A DNA stretch of 64,000 nt from Eledone cirrhosa (Eukaryota): contig OZ024758.1 of assembly GCA_964016885.1 (NCBI GenBank), positions 31,434,001-31,498,000 on the forward strand, read 5' to 3'. The notes below the pieces were generated by a model that worked only from the letters and a program-made list of their open reading frames with translations, searched no databases and was not told the DNA's origin. The position numbers and the translations under genes are program-made. Each line of letters opens with the position of its first letter. The first letter of the stretch is position 1. Below are positions 13,290-26,386 of this stretch, one piece after another.

Positions 13290-13975
13290 AATTAGAAGGG
13301 CCTCTACAACAACTACAACGGGACCCACCCACAGCCCCGGCGGACAGAATGGAGAAGGAGGACGGCAAGGGAGACGCGCTGGAAGAACCACTCCAACTTG
13401 CGGGCTCACACCTGCGGCTGGCCAGCTCAGTGCCTATGGTGGTGAATAGCGAGGTAGCCCTAGGGCCACGGACACCAGAAGTCTCCACTGCCAGGAGTAG
13501 TCAGCTCAGCGCCAATGGTGGTGAGTAGGGAGGTAGCCCTAGGGCCGAGGACACCAGAAGTCTCCACTGCCAGGAGTAGTCAGCTCAGCGCCAATGGTGG
13601 TGAGTAGGGAGGTAGCCCTAGGGCCGATAACACCAGAAGTCTCCACTGCCAGGAGTAGTCAGCTCAGCGCCTATGGTGGTGAGTAAGGAGGTAGCCCTGG
13701 GGCCGAGGGCACCAGAAGTGTCCACTGCCAGGAGTAGTCAGCTCAGCGCCTATGGTGGGGAGTAGGAAGGTAGCCCTGGGGTCGAGGACACCAGAAGTCT
13801 CCACTGCCAAGGGTACAACCGCAAACCTGTCGGACAGCGACCGGTATTTGAGGAGCTTGGCCCCCTCACCCCGACGTGCAGCAGAACCTGGGTCAATCGC
13901 AGACTGCACCAGGTTGCGGCTGCAGAAAGTGTCGGTGCAAGTGGCATCCCAGACGAGGGGTTTGCCGTCCCCTCG
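13290..13975 (-). mobile_element. 3' fragment of an RLE-type non-LTR retrotransposon (CRE-like)
   Basis: GKPLVWDATCTDT...AA..GE.AK..KY..L.....PLAVETSG...FL..IG, then FFQRVSLAV after a frameshift; typical restriction-like endonuclease C-terminus. Confidence 0.8.
13423..13809. repeat. 79-bp tandem repeat, about 5 copies, made from the retrotransposon coding sequence
   Basis: cagctcag starts at 13423, 13502, 13581, 13660, 13739. Confidence 0.95.
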
Positions 13976-14103
13976 ATCCATATCGAACACCCAACGATCA
14001 AAGGAAAGTTAATTTGCGGGTAATAAGAACGGAAAGACTTGGAACAAATATCGCAAAATATTTTGTACAACACTAACGATTCTACCAATCAACCGCCATT
14101 ATA

Positions 14104-14292
14104 GGATGGTGGATTGACAGCATCGGTAGAGTGTCAGACGCCATGCTTTGCAGCATAGAGTTATGTCTCTTTACGGTCTGATTTCAAATCCCGCCAAGGT
14201 TTGCTTTGCCTTTCATCCTTACGGGGTCGATAAAATAAAGTACCTGTAATGTACTGGGTAATTGCTGGCCTTGTGCCAAAAGTAGAAACAAT
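14104..14292 (+). mobile_element. SINE family A copy
   Basis: tRNA-like head, then ctttgcctttcatccttacggggtcgataaaataaagtacc, tail gctggccttgtgccaaaagtagaaacaa. Confidence 0.9.
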
Positions 14293-14995
14293 TATATGAA
14301 GTGAAATAATGCCAAACGTATGCAAAATCAAATTGCAGAATCGAACATCGAGGTTGATTTTCATCCACTCTAATGAAGTTTGTATTGATACCAATCATAT
14401 ATAAAACAGATTCGTAGTCAAATTTGACAAGAATGAATCATTTACCAACTTTTAACTTGGAATGTTTGTTTTTATGAGAGAACTTTTGACATTTGTGTGC
14501 TTCAGTTGTCAAATACTTATTCTTTTTGCCATCGTCATTTTAATATATATATATATACACACATATATATATATATACACACATACACGCACGCATATAT
14601 ATAAATTCTTGTATGTGCCTGTCGATGTTAGTGAATGGATATATATGCATACACACGTGTACACATACACAGATATATCTATATTTGTCTGTATTTATTT
14701 TTGGTTCATGTGTGTGTGTGTGTGCGTGTACTATGCTTCGTAAACATGATATTACAAATGCAACGAATGGTTCCATGAGTTACCAAAGCCTGTAGAACTG
14801 CAAACTGTGGTTTTTACTCATATAACCAGGCTTCAATAACTCGTGAAACCATTTGTTGCAGATGTAATATCGTGTGTAGGAAACATAGAAAATATATATT
14901 AGCTGTTTGTATATAGAGTGCACTTTTTCTTGTTAACATCCCCCCCCCCCCCCCACAACACACACACTTATATATACATATGTGTGTGTGTGCGT

Positions 14996-16140
14996 TGTTC
15001 CTTCTTAAGAGTCGAAGATGACTTCAATGTTGGGTGGAGGATCTTTGGCTGTTGGTTCTATGATGACTGGGAAGAGCACAAGTGGGTAAGTACTGCAGTG
15101 GAAGTTAATGCAGCTCCTGCCTTGCACGTGGAACGATTTCTCTGAGCTTCTGTGATGTCTGCTTTCTTCTGCACATACTCCCTCAAAGATTTTGCTTTGC
15201 CAGTCTGGGTGATCCAGAGCAAGTGATTCACAGCTACTGGGATTGAAGTTGAGATATTTGAGGGACACTTTTAGTCTTTCATTGAAATGTTTCTCCTGTC
15301 CACCGACTGAGTGCTTGCTCTGACTCAGTATACAGTAGCTGTTCTGGTAGCCTGCTGTCAGACATATCACTTGGGCCTTCTGAGAAGGGTTTCGATACTA
15401 TGGATGCGAGCCGGTTTCAGAACCTGCGAGTTGAGGACTTTCATCTGCCACCGTATGTGAAGATGTCTGTGGAGGTAGCCCAAGTAAAAATAGTTTAGTT
15501 ATTTAGTATCACTGCCGTGTCCACTTCTCGTGGGTGTAGAGGAGGGTGGTGAACACCATTGTTCAGTAGATCTTCCGCTTGGTAGTTGAATCCTCTCCAC
15601 TTCCATACATTCTTGCGATGCCTCCCAAACGTGGCAGAGGCTTTAGCAATTCTATTACTGTATCCATCTTTGCTGTTCGTGAAAGCGTACTTCCCAGATA
15701 GGCGAAAATATCGGAATTTTCTAGTTTCTGTCCTTTCATAGGGATGTGTCGCTTGTGATAGGGCATTCCAGACTCAGGCAGGTACATAACCTCGGTTTTG
15801 TTAGTGCCGATTGTGAGTCTAAAGTTGTCACAGGTATGTGAGAAGCAGTCAATTCTTGTTGCATCTTATGTTGTGTGCTGGAATTGAGAGTGCAATCAAC
15901 AGCGAATAAGAAGTCTTCTCTAACGACAGTTTATTTTACCTTTGTAACGGTTTATAGACGCCAGAGGTTAAATAGCCCACCATCTGTCCTGCATCGAATG
16001 TGTATACCATCCTGGCAATCGCGAAAGCAGCGAAGACCACACTGACAAATGTAGGAGCGAGAACGCATCCTTGCCTCATATTCTTGTTTACTTCGAAGGC
16101 TTCTGACATGTCGCCATCGTCCAAAACTTCCATCATCATC
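14996..16140 (-). mobile_element. 5'-truncated, decayed RTE (BovB-like) LINE
   Basis: Fragments SEAFEV...RQGCVLAPT, GIHIRCRTDGGLFNL.RL, FAYLGSTLSR, ERLKVSLK...ESLALD..W; many frameshifts. Confidence 0.88.
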
Positions 16141-16372
16141 GAACTGAAGAACAACGGGGATAACTACATATACAAACAACCAGACAAATCAATATATGTC
16201 TTAAAGTTGATTATATTTTAAGCAATTACGTTAAAGCTTTTGTTTACAATGATTATAAGTCGTATGTAGTGCTGTGTTTGTGTGTATAACAGAATACTAG
16301 TCTCTTAATTGTTGTCATCTGCATTTTAAAACTATTAACACTCACTTTATTCCTTCCTTTCATGTTTTATTA

Positions 16373-16449
<77 letters not shown>

Positions 16450-16456
<7 letters not shown>

Positions 16457-16852
16457 AGAAAAAAAGAGAATCAGTGTTGCAACGAATCGAATTTATTGGA
16501 CATATTACAATCGTTTCTCTGGCGACCAGCTCGAGGCACGATCGAACCTGACTCTGAAAATCGCAAGGTCCTCAGATACGTCTTGATTCTACGAAGCAGA
16601 TTTTCCTAGAATCAAGATTTTCCTAGAATCAAGACGTATCTGAGGACCTTGTGATTTTCAGAGTCAGGTTCGATCATCACATCGATCGTACCTCGAGCTG
16701 GTCGCCAGACAAACGGTTGTAATATGTCCAAAAAATTCCATTCGTCGCAACACTGATTCTCTTTTTTTCTGTGATATCATACTCTGCTCTATGAGAGCAT
16801 CGAGTGCTCAAACGGCCTAACGCATACGGACGCTTCAAGCATCCAACCAATT
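16450..16852 (+). mobile_element. Head-to-head inverted-repeat insert (about 140-bp arms) between (TA)n tracts
   Basis: 16450-16591 is roughly the reverse complement of 16624-16777, with scattered substitutions and a 12-nt insertion; 17-bp duplication at the junction; tail 16778-16852 then (TA)n. Confidence 0.88.
16499..16582 (-). ncRNA. Type I hammerhead motif with long stem II
   Basis: Minus strand: gacguau CUGAGGA ...51 nt... GAAA cgauug UA auauguc; the plus-strand twin (16633-16728) has CAAA in place of GAAA. Confidence 0.72.
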
Positions 16853-17001
16853 ATATATATATATATATGCGAGACGAACCACAACAGAAACACAAACCCT
16901 CCATCTCCGATTTTACTTTTGAAAATCATAAGAACTGTGAAACCGATAAAGTAAATAAATATTCTTAAAAGACTCCAGTTACATTTTCAATTTTTTTTCC
17001 T

Positions 17002-17033
<32 letters not shown>

Positions 17034-17134
17034 AGTATTGAAGTTTCTGTTGAAAATTGAAAAAGTCATAGGAGTGAAGAATGCTCTATGTAAGTTACAG
17101 AGCTAAATTTAATGTATAATAAACAATACAATAT

Positions 17135-17212
17135 AATTACCTCATTACCAGAGGTTTCCAGAATAAGACGAATACAAGAATCGTCCGCATTCGTTCGTCA
17201 GACAAGGCAATT
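17135..17212 (-). ncRNA. Type I hammerhead ribozyme in the PLE 3' region
   Basis: Minus strand: aauugccuugu CUGACGA ...ggacga..ucguc uuauucug GAAA ccucugg UA augagguaauu; 11-bp stem I including G-U pairs; GUA site. Confidence 0.85.
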
Positions 17213-17979
17213 TAAAACATAGTGAAATATTTGAAAAATCTCCTGAAGAAAGGCAAAAATTTAACGGGCAAAAGAAATATATAAATAAAAGTAATAATAC
17301 AAGAGATATATAAAAATAAAATAAAGAAATATAGTAAGGGTATGTGTATAAATGTGTGTATATACACCTACAAATGTACATATGTGTGTATGTACAAATG
17401 CATGTGTATAGTGAAAAGATGTGTGCGTAAGTACATACATGAGGGCAAGCATATCAGTGTATCAAATACGTATAAAATATATGTTGAAAAAGGAATTGTA
17501 AGATAATAGAGTTAGCGTACATATAGACTCAGGGACTAAGAATTAAAATATATACACATACAAGGATGAAACGACGCACGAGTATAAACATATACACACG
17601 CGCAACCACATACATGTATGTGATATATACAGGGAAGGGAGTTTATCAGTCAAAGCAGTGTCAGACTGAAGGTCGATACAGATATAAAAATATAAAATAT
17701 GAAAAATTAATGAAATAATATATAAGATAAGAATAAAAATTAAGTCAAAGAGAAAGTAAGAGGGAGGGGTTATCAATTATAAAGTAACACTAGAAAAAAT
17801 AAATAAAAAGTAGAAAACATGCAGAAGTTCGTACGCACATATATATATAAATATATATATATACGTACAGACAAAAACACAAGCACAAAAGGATACATAT
17901 ACATACATAAGTACATACATACAAACGATACACATATATATACATACATGTACATCTAATCACACGCACGCACGCGACC

Positions 17980-18010
<31 letters not shown>

Positions 18011-18429
18011 TAAAAAAACATAGACGTAAAAGCACACATACACACATACACGCACATACGAATGCATTTTCTATACATATACAAACACGTATACACATAT
18101 GCACACATACACGCATACATACATATATAAAAACCAGCCGTATGAATAAATGGATACAAGATATACGCAAGTAAACATACATAAAAGCGGCTGAGGGACA
18201 ACAGAATATATCTGGATTTAAAACCACAAGTGACATGTAATATCAGGTAGTGTAAGAAAAGGGGGAAGTAAAATATGTAAAATTGTGAAGATATAAGGAA
18301 GTGAATCATAAAGCAGGGGGGTGGTCACTAGTGGATGTGAAGTAAAAATAAAAATTAAAATTAAAATTAAAATAAATCAGAAAGAGAAGTCTGTAAATAA
18401 GGTAATTAAGGAAAGTGAAGAACAAGAGT

Positions 18430-18900
18430 TTATGGAGGATAAGTATCTGAAAGTGAGTTAAGTTTATATGAGCTGGAAAGCAGGTGTGATTTCATGTGTG
18501 GGCAACTGGTGAAAATTTCTGTTTTTGCATTTAGGCAGATTTTTGGTGATTTAAGGTTCTGTAAAATCCAATGTTTTTCACTTATGCAGAGTGCGCATCT
18601 TCTTGTTCCCATTGCATATTCTTTAGATTGGTTCAAAATTGACCAATCTAATTTATATTGGATACCTTGGTCTTTCAAATCCCATATTCTGCTAGCCAGA
18701 GCTGTTGTAAATCTTTTTTCAGGATGTCGGAAAGATTCGACATGTGAGTAATAACGCGTTTGGAATTTGTCTTGTGTCATACCCACATATCGTTCGCTGG
18801 TAGGTTGTTGCTGGTGGTTGTCACTTTAGCCTCATATACAATGGCTTTGGTGTTGCATTTACCTTGTAATGGGCATTCACTTTGGCTCTACAGGAGCAAT
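18430..18900 (-). pseudogene. GIY-YIG endonuclease domain of PLE (frameshifted)
   Basis: IVY...YVG motif, F.TRY..H..SF, LASRIWDLK, CALCISEK, LN.K.E...CPH; ORF 18430-18786 is its C-terminal part. Confidence 0.9.
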
Positions 18901-19341
18901 TTTAATGTTCTCTGGGTATTTTCTTATTGAGGATATAAGATTTAATAGCGGGACCGCAGGAGTAGCTGATTTTGACACAGTTTCTATTGAAGATCTTATA
19001 GTATCTATGTGTTCTAGGGAAATGTTTATCTAAGGGCTCTAGGAATTTTTTGCCTACATTAGTTTTAACTGCTAAAGAGTAGGGGGTGTGAACCAGATTA
19101 TTTTTATTTTCCTATTATTATGTTTAAAGGAGTTAGTATTGTTGGGTATGTACTTAATCGGTTCGCTAAATCCGCTATTTTGAATCCGCTATAGTAGGGG
19201 GATGCCTTATTGAAAATATCTTCTGAGGAAGAGAGGGTGGAGATCCTACGGCTAATATTAGGGATAAGATTTTTAAAAACTATAGGAGGATGGCAACAGC
19301 CTTTATTTATATATTTTAAATTTTGATTTGGTTTATGGTAC

Positions 19342-19392
<51 letters not shown>

Positions 19393-19707
19393 TCTTGTTC
19401 ATATCTGCAGATTTATCTCTTCCAAGCTTTGCGACTGTCTTGTTTTTTGTTGTTGTTATTATTGTGGCAGGAAGGCAGCGAAAGTGAATTAAAGGATGGA
19501 ATAAGGAACTCGGACGTGGATTCAGAATATTGCTCTTACACTCTCCAGGCAATCCTAATATGCTGAGATTTATGCAGTTGTTAATCAAACAAAATATATA
19601 GCGGTGAAAACATTCCAGAAACTTTCAATTCTTAATGTGATGTCATCAAAGTGAAACACGATAGGTGCCAGTGGAGCACCTTGTTGTATATATGTGTGTA
19701 GAATTGT

Positions 19708-19738
<31 letters not shown>

Positions 19739-19908
19739 GTGTATACATGCTTACAATCATACATACATTTACTTAATTGAGTGTCTAAATGCATTAGTAG
19801 AATATAGATAGTTTAATATGATGTAAATTCAATTAATTGAATATTTCTATATTTTGTTAAAATGTGTAGCCTCGTGCATTAGAAGTTCTTTTATAGAATT
19901 TTGCATGA

Positions 19909-20953
19909 ATTATAATTACGTTAGACAACATAACTAAATTATAATTACGTTAGACAACATAATTAACTTATAATTACGTTAGACAACATAACTAAATTAT
20001 AATTACGTTAGACAGCATAACTAAAATATAATTACGTTAGACAACATAACTAAATTATAATTACGTTAGACAGCATAACTAACTTATAATTACGTTAGAC
20101 AACATAACTAAATTATAATTACGTTAGACAGCATAACTAAATTATAATTGCGTTAGACAACATAACTAAATTATAATTACGTTAGACAGCATAACTAAAT
20201 TATAATTGCGTTAGACAACATAACTAAATTATAATTACGTTAGACAGCATAACTAAATTATAATTACGTTAGACAGCATAACTAAATTATAATTACGTTA
20301 GACAGCATAACTAACTTATAATTACGTTAGACAACATAACTAAATTATAATTACGTTAGACAACATAACTAACTTATAATTTACGTTAGACAACATAACT
20401 AACTTATAATTACGTTTGACAACATAACTAAATTATAATTGCGTTAGACAACATAACTAAATTATAATTACGTTAGACAACATAACTAACTTATAATTAC
20501 GTTAGACAGCATAACTAAATTATAATTACGTTAGACAACATAACTAACTTATAATTTACGTTAGACAACATAACTAACTTATAATTACGTTTGACAACAT
20601 AACTAAATTATAATTGCGTTAGACAACATAACTAAATTATAATTACGTTAGACAGCATAACTAAATTATAATTACGTTAGACAACATAACTAAATTATAA
20701 TTACGTTAGACAACATAACTAACTTATAATTACGTTAGACAAGCATAACTAAATTATAATTACGTTAGACAATATAACTAAATTATAATTGCGTTAGACA
20801 ACATAACTAAATTATAATTACGTTAGACAACATAACTAAATTATAATTACGTTAGACAGCATAACTAAATTATAATTACGTTAGACAATATAACTAAATT
20901 ATAATTGCGTTAGACAACATAACTAAATTATAATTACTTTAGACAGCATAACT
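19909..20953. repeat. 29-bp minisatellite, about 36 copies
   Basis: Unit attataattacgttagacaacataactaa, period 29. Confidence 0.97.
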
Positions 20954-21344
20954 ATAGTCGTATCAATGGTATTTCGTTATTTATGTTGGGTTCAAATGTT
21001 GTTATAGGAAGAGATAAAGTTCTTTGTGTGCTGTTAATTATAACCAGTATTTTGGTGGCTTTTCTTTACAAGAATTATCAAACAATATAAGAAATATACA
21101 TACATACAGTATGTATTATGTATATGTGCGTGTGTGTGAGTATGTATGTGTGTGTGCGTGCGTGTGTGACATTACATATTAATTTCAAATATTGTTCATA
21201 TGTATTCCGGACCTATTATGTCTAAAAATATACACAAGCTTATGCTTTTGCTTTTATAAATTCCATCCTTTTGAATATAGAATACTTTGAATCTTGTATT
21301 ATTCTTGATAATTCGTCTTATGTTATTTGTCAATTTATTGTTGT

Positions 21345-21465
21345 TTTATTTCCTGAAGAAAGTTTTGAGTATAGAACCTATAATGGAATAACTTTACGGA
21401 TATTATCTGTTTTTCTCCACAATTGATGAGACACACTCGCCTCGTTGAAACGACTGTAGATGTAT
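21345..21465 (+). ncRNA. Tentative decayed hammerhead motif
   Basis: CUGAAGA at 21353 (alternative UUGAUGA at 21423) and GAAA cgacug UA at 21447; stems I and II pair poorly. Confidence 0.35.
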
Positions 21466-21481
21466 AAATAAATAATAATAA

Positions 21482-21669
21482 TTGTTTCTACTTTTGGCAC
21501 AAGGCCAGCAATTACCCAGTGCATTACTGGTACTTTATTTTATCGATCCCGCAAGGATGAAAGGCAAAGTTAACCTCGGCGGGATTTGAACTCAGAATGG
21601 CAAGGGCCGTAACTCTATGCATCAAGGCATGGCGTCCGACCCTCTACCGATACTGCCAATCCACCGCCC
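21482..21669 (-). mobile_element. SINE family A, full length
   Basis: Complete match to the family, from the ttgtttctac tail to the ccaatccaccgcc head. Confidence 0.92.
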
Positions 21670-21710
21670 TATATAATAATACTAATAATAATAATCCTTG
21701 GTCTTAGTGT

Positions 21711-21778
<68 letters not shown>

Positions 21779-21798
21779 AGAATTTAGCTTCGACATAG

Positions 21799-22292
21799 AT
21801 GTATGTGAATTTCGTATATCTAAAGATATACGGTGTGTTTAATTAAAAAAAACATTTTGAAAGCCCAGCTACGAATAGCAGGCTGACAGCCAGAGCCGTC
21901 TAGTGGATTCCAGCAGAAACAGCAGAGGATAATTGTCTATGCATTTCGAACTTAATGGTTCTCATCAGTATACAGCTATGTCGAAGCCTAATTCTAATTC
22001 TATTTTTTTAAGTTGTGCCAACTCATACAGCTTCATACCTAAATGAGACTAAACAGCCAACCTACACAGGCGAAAAACTATATATTTTCGCCTGCCTCAA
22101 ATTCTAGAAGTAAGCAAGAAGAAGCATTGTTTTGATGAGGACCATTAAGTTCGAAATACATAGACAATTATCCTCCGCTACCTCTGCTGGAATCCACTAG
22201 ACGGCGCTGGCTGTCAGCCTTCTATTCAGAGCTGGGCTTTCAAAATGTTTATTTATTAAACATATTCATAAGAAATTCACACACACACATGA
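21799..22292 (+). mobile_element. Head-to-head inverted-repeat insert ending in (TA)n
   Basis: About 21849-21968 is a diverged reverse complement of 22132-22250; weaker pairing extends outward; spacer about 160 nt. Confidence 0.85.
22126..22168 (+). ncRNA. Minimal type I hammerhead motif (core C-to-U change)
   Basis: auuguu UUGAUGA ggac-cauuaa-guuc GAAA uaca UA gacaau; the inverted twin 21931-21968 reads CUGAUGA gaac-cauuaa-guuc GAAA ugca UA gacaauu but lacks the 5' strand of stem I. Confidence 0.78.
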
Positions 22293-22861
22293 TATATATA
22301 TATATATATATAACAGGTTGCATAGGTGACCCAAGTGTTGTTTTATTTCTTTTCCGAATATACAGACGATTGTTTCAGAATTTATGTTTCGTTATTTTAT
22401 ATTTTTTATTAATTTCAAATCAATTCATTTTGAAATATTTTATTTTTCAATTTTTCTTTACGAGTTAATAATTACCCCAGTTGCATGACAGTAAAATATT
22501 ATTTATCGATAATAAGAAAGGATTTTTTTTTAATTCTTTCATTATTTATCGATAAGACAAGTTTTTAGAAATTCTTTTAATAGAATTGGTCGGCTAGTTA
22601 TAATAGAAAATAATATTATCTAACGTTAAGACATGTTTATTTTGAATTCTTTTATTAGAGTTTGTAGGCGAGTTATAATACAAAAAAACATAAGCATTCA
22701 ATATAATACAGTATAGAAATGATTGTATAGTTGAAGAACTAAAATGTTGCTCTTATTTTATTAGTTTCAATCTATTTATTCATTATATCCGAGTCTAGAC
22801 GATATTAACAAGTCACACAAAGATGTATAAAGATATGAGCATATATTTAGCAAGAATTCCA

Positions 22862-22980
22862 TTCTGAGTTCAAATCCCGCCGAGGTTAACTTTGCCTTTC
22901 ATCCTTACGGGGGTCGATAAAATAAAGTACCAGTAATGCACTGGGTAATTGCTGGCCTTGTGACAAAAGTAGAAACAGTT
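22862..22980 (+). mobile_element. SINE family A, 5'-truncated
   Basis: gagttcaaatcccgccgaggttaactttgcctttcatcc...gtagaaaca. Confidence 0.88.
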
Positions 22981-23194
22981 ATTTAACAAGAATGGGCTTC
23001 ATATTTCATAACCCCATCTTTTAGTTGTATCTATATTTTATTAGAACTTATTGCTGAACAGATGACATTTTTTATAGAATACATTTGGGAGCCCTTGAAA
23101 AAAAAAGCTCCTCACACCATTCGGAGGCATATAGCATCGTAATCTGTTGCCGAGGACATGTTTCGTAATATTATCCCCATGAACAGTATGTATG

Positions 23195-23530
23195 TATATA
23201 TGGTCCCGTAACTCCTTACACAGTCGTAGGGGCACCGTATTGACATACAGCGTACCTTAGCCATTTTAAGCCTGGCGGAGCCCACATCTCCTCTCCGGGC
23301 CTGAGTAGAGCAGATTTTTTTCCAGGAAAAGATAGAAAGTGAGAGAGAGCAAATGAGAAAGAGATATAGAGGAAGAATCTACCCCAGTACTAGACTGGTA
23401 CATTTTTAATCGACCTCGAAAGGATGAAAGGCAAAGTTGACCTCAGCAGGATATCAACTCAGAGAGCCAGAACGAATGCCATAAAGCATTCTATTCGACG
23501 CTCTAACAACTCTGCCAATTCGCCGCCTTC
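23195..23530 (-). mobile_element. SINE family A variant with a different 3' tail
   Basis: Same central motif and tRNA-like head; the tail is homologous, inverted, to 28400-28560. Confidence 0.7.
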
Positions 23531-23981
23531 CCATGGACAGTATTGTTTCTAAAAGATTGGTTTAACTGCATTATGTTGGTTGGGTATTTGTGAGAAAGCA
23601 TTCATCATTTGCCAATATTTATTCCAGTTTAATAGCCCACCACCTTTACTCAGTAAACCGTCATCTGGAAATAAACTTTAAGGAGTTTAATATATTATTT
23701 TACTTAATGTAAAACTGACATTATACTATTATTGTGTAACTGCATTATATAGGCATTCTTCAAATTAACCGTTTAAAAGAGATGAGAAAAGTCATGCTGA
23801 AAAACAAAACGTTACATAACCAATTATGAACAAACGTTACATAACCAATTATGAACAAACTTTATAGTAACTACACAAATGTTCTTTGTGATGTTTTATC
23901 TGTACGCACGTATTTATGTCTGCAAAAGTACCTAGTGTTTCTGAATAATTTCATGTCTGTGCTATATATGTATACACACTC

Positions 23982-24019
<38 letters not shown>

Positions 24020-24148
24020 GTATGTGTGTATACATATATAGTATTATATATATATATATAATCGCGTGTATGTGTGTATACATATATAGTATTATATGTA
24101 TATATATATATATATAATCGCGTGTATGTGTGTATACATATATAGTAT

Positions 24149-24211
<63 letters not shown>

Positions 24212-24362
24212 GTATGTGGGTATACATATATAGTATTATATGTATGTATATAAATATATATATATATATATATATGCGCGTGTATGTGTGTATACATATA
24301 TAGTATTATATGTATGTATATATATATAGATATATATATATATATTATATATATATATATAT

Positions 24363-24963
24363 AATGTCAGGTCACCAGTTGGTGCTACTGGTAACATGTA
24401 TCCCAGTACAACCTGTCCCATGGTCGGGTCGTTGGCGACTAAACTGGCAACCCCACCAAGGTTTCTTGGTGAGGAGGGTGACTTTGGACATCCTGCAGGA
24501 CTAAAAACAAAACCTGTCAAAGAGCAAAGGAGCTCTTAAGAGTCAATGGCCATCCAAAATCACCGGGAGAGATGACCTCTTAGCCTTTGTCAAGGCAGAA
24601 TTCTAGGAGAAGGAAAACTGATATAACACCTGCAACCCTGATGGTATCTAATGATGTTGACTTGTTCTTCTTTTTGGTAAATATCATCTTGGTTAAGAGA
24701 GTGGGACTGGCTTTGTGCAGTGCCTTTGCTCACTATAAAAGCTTCACGGCACAGGCATTGCTTTATATCTGGAGATCTCTCTGCACTTGTCATCACATGG
24801 TACCATGGGCCCAGCACTAGGTGTCAATAATTGTCACAAGTGTAGTGTTTGTACCAGAGTCACTGGCTGGACTAAAAAGTCACACTTGTTCAGCGCATCG
24901 GTAGGGGTTCTCCTACATGGATATAAAGTAGTGGCCGTACTCGAAAACGAGTTGGCAGCCACC
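24363..24963 (+). mobile_element. Non-autonomous RTE derivative (RTE 5' UTR plus short 3' end)
   Basis: First ~400 nt align with 46561-46970, the leader of the RTE LINE; no coding region; flanked by (TA)n. Confidence 0.75.
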
Positions 24964-24976
24964 ATATATATATATA

Positions 24977-25697
<721 letters not shown>

Positions 25698-26386
25698 AAA
25701 GGAGGGTGTAAATTTCCAAACGAATGGAAGACTTTTGGTAAAATGCAAATGTGAAAAAGCTCAGGGGTATACTTAAAGATTATTTTTCTTTAATCCGACA
25801 GAATAAATATTTATATAAATATTTATATTGTTGTTGAATTAAATAGATTTAAGTTTTGTCAAATATTACCAGTTTCGATTGTTATGTCAAACTTATCAAA
25901 TATTTAAAAATTCTGTTCTCATACATATGGTGGTGCCCCAGCATGGCCTCAGCCTGGCGGCTGAAACACGAAGTTGAGTAATATTGTAGGCAGTTAGAAG
26001 AAATTTTCTCTCGAAATCCCTTCTTATATATATATATATATATACGTTCTTTATGAAAGTGGGGTGGTGACGGTGGAGTGGTGACGGTGGAGTGGTGACG
26101 GTGGAGGTGGCGTTCACAACGTCTGGGTTCAATTGATTCTCTAGAAAATTATTTTGATTTAAATAAATTATTTTCAACACTTACTAATAACTGTATTGTT
26201 TCTTTCTAGAGACTATGTTGAAAAATAAACCTCATTTGGTCATTCCATGAGAGTATCTTGGTCAGCCTATGAACTTTCAGTTGACCCTCGTAATAAAGGA
26301 AACAAAACTCTCCAATCTGCTTCAACAATTCATTCAAAGATAGATTACGAAGTTACATCTAATTCCATTATATATATATTAAGATT

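Larger units (their letters stand above)
17033..19346 (-). mobile_element. 5'-truncated Penelope-like retroelement (RT thumb + GIY-YIG endonuclease + 3' UTR with hammerhead), flanked by (TA)n on both sides
   Basis: Minus-strand translation across frameshifts: KPYHKPN; KYINKGCCHPPIVFKNLIPNISRRISTLSSSEDIFNKA; IIWF.PPYS..VKTNVGKKFL..LDKHFP....YKIFNRNCVKISYSC; CSCR...CPLQGKCNTKAIVYEAKV...RYVGMT. Confidence 0.93.

Noticed and set aside
21482-21669. tRNA genes suggested by A/B boxes
   Set aside because: They are multicopy SINE heads with tails and TSDs, with no complete cloverleaf
24365-24455. HDV-like ribozyme fit (C-UAA followed by actgg)
   Set aside because: I could not place a 7-bp P1 or 7-nt L3 consistently in both copies; kept only as an unassigned structured leader
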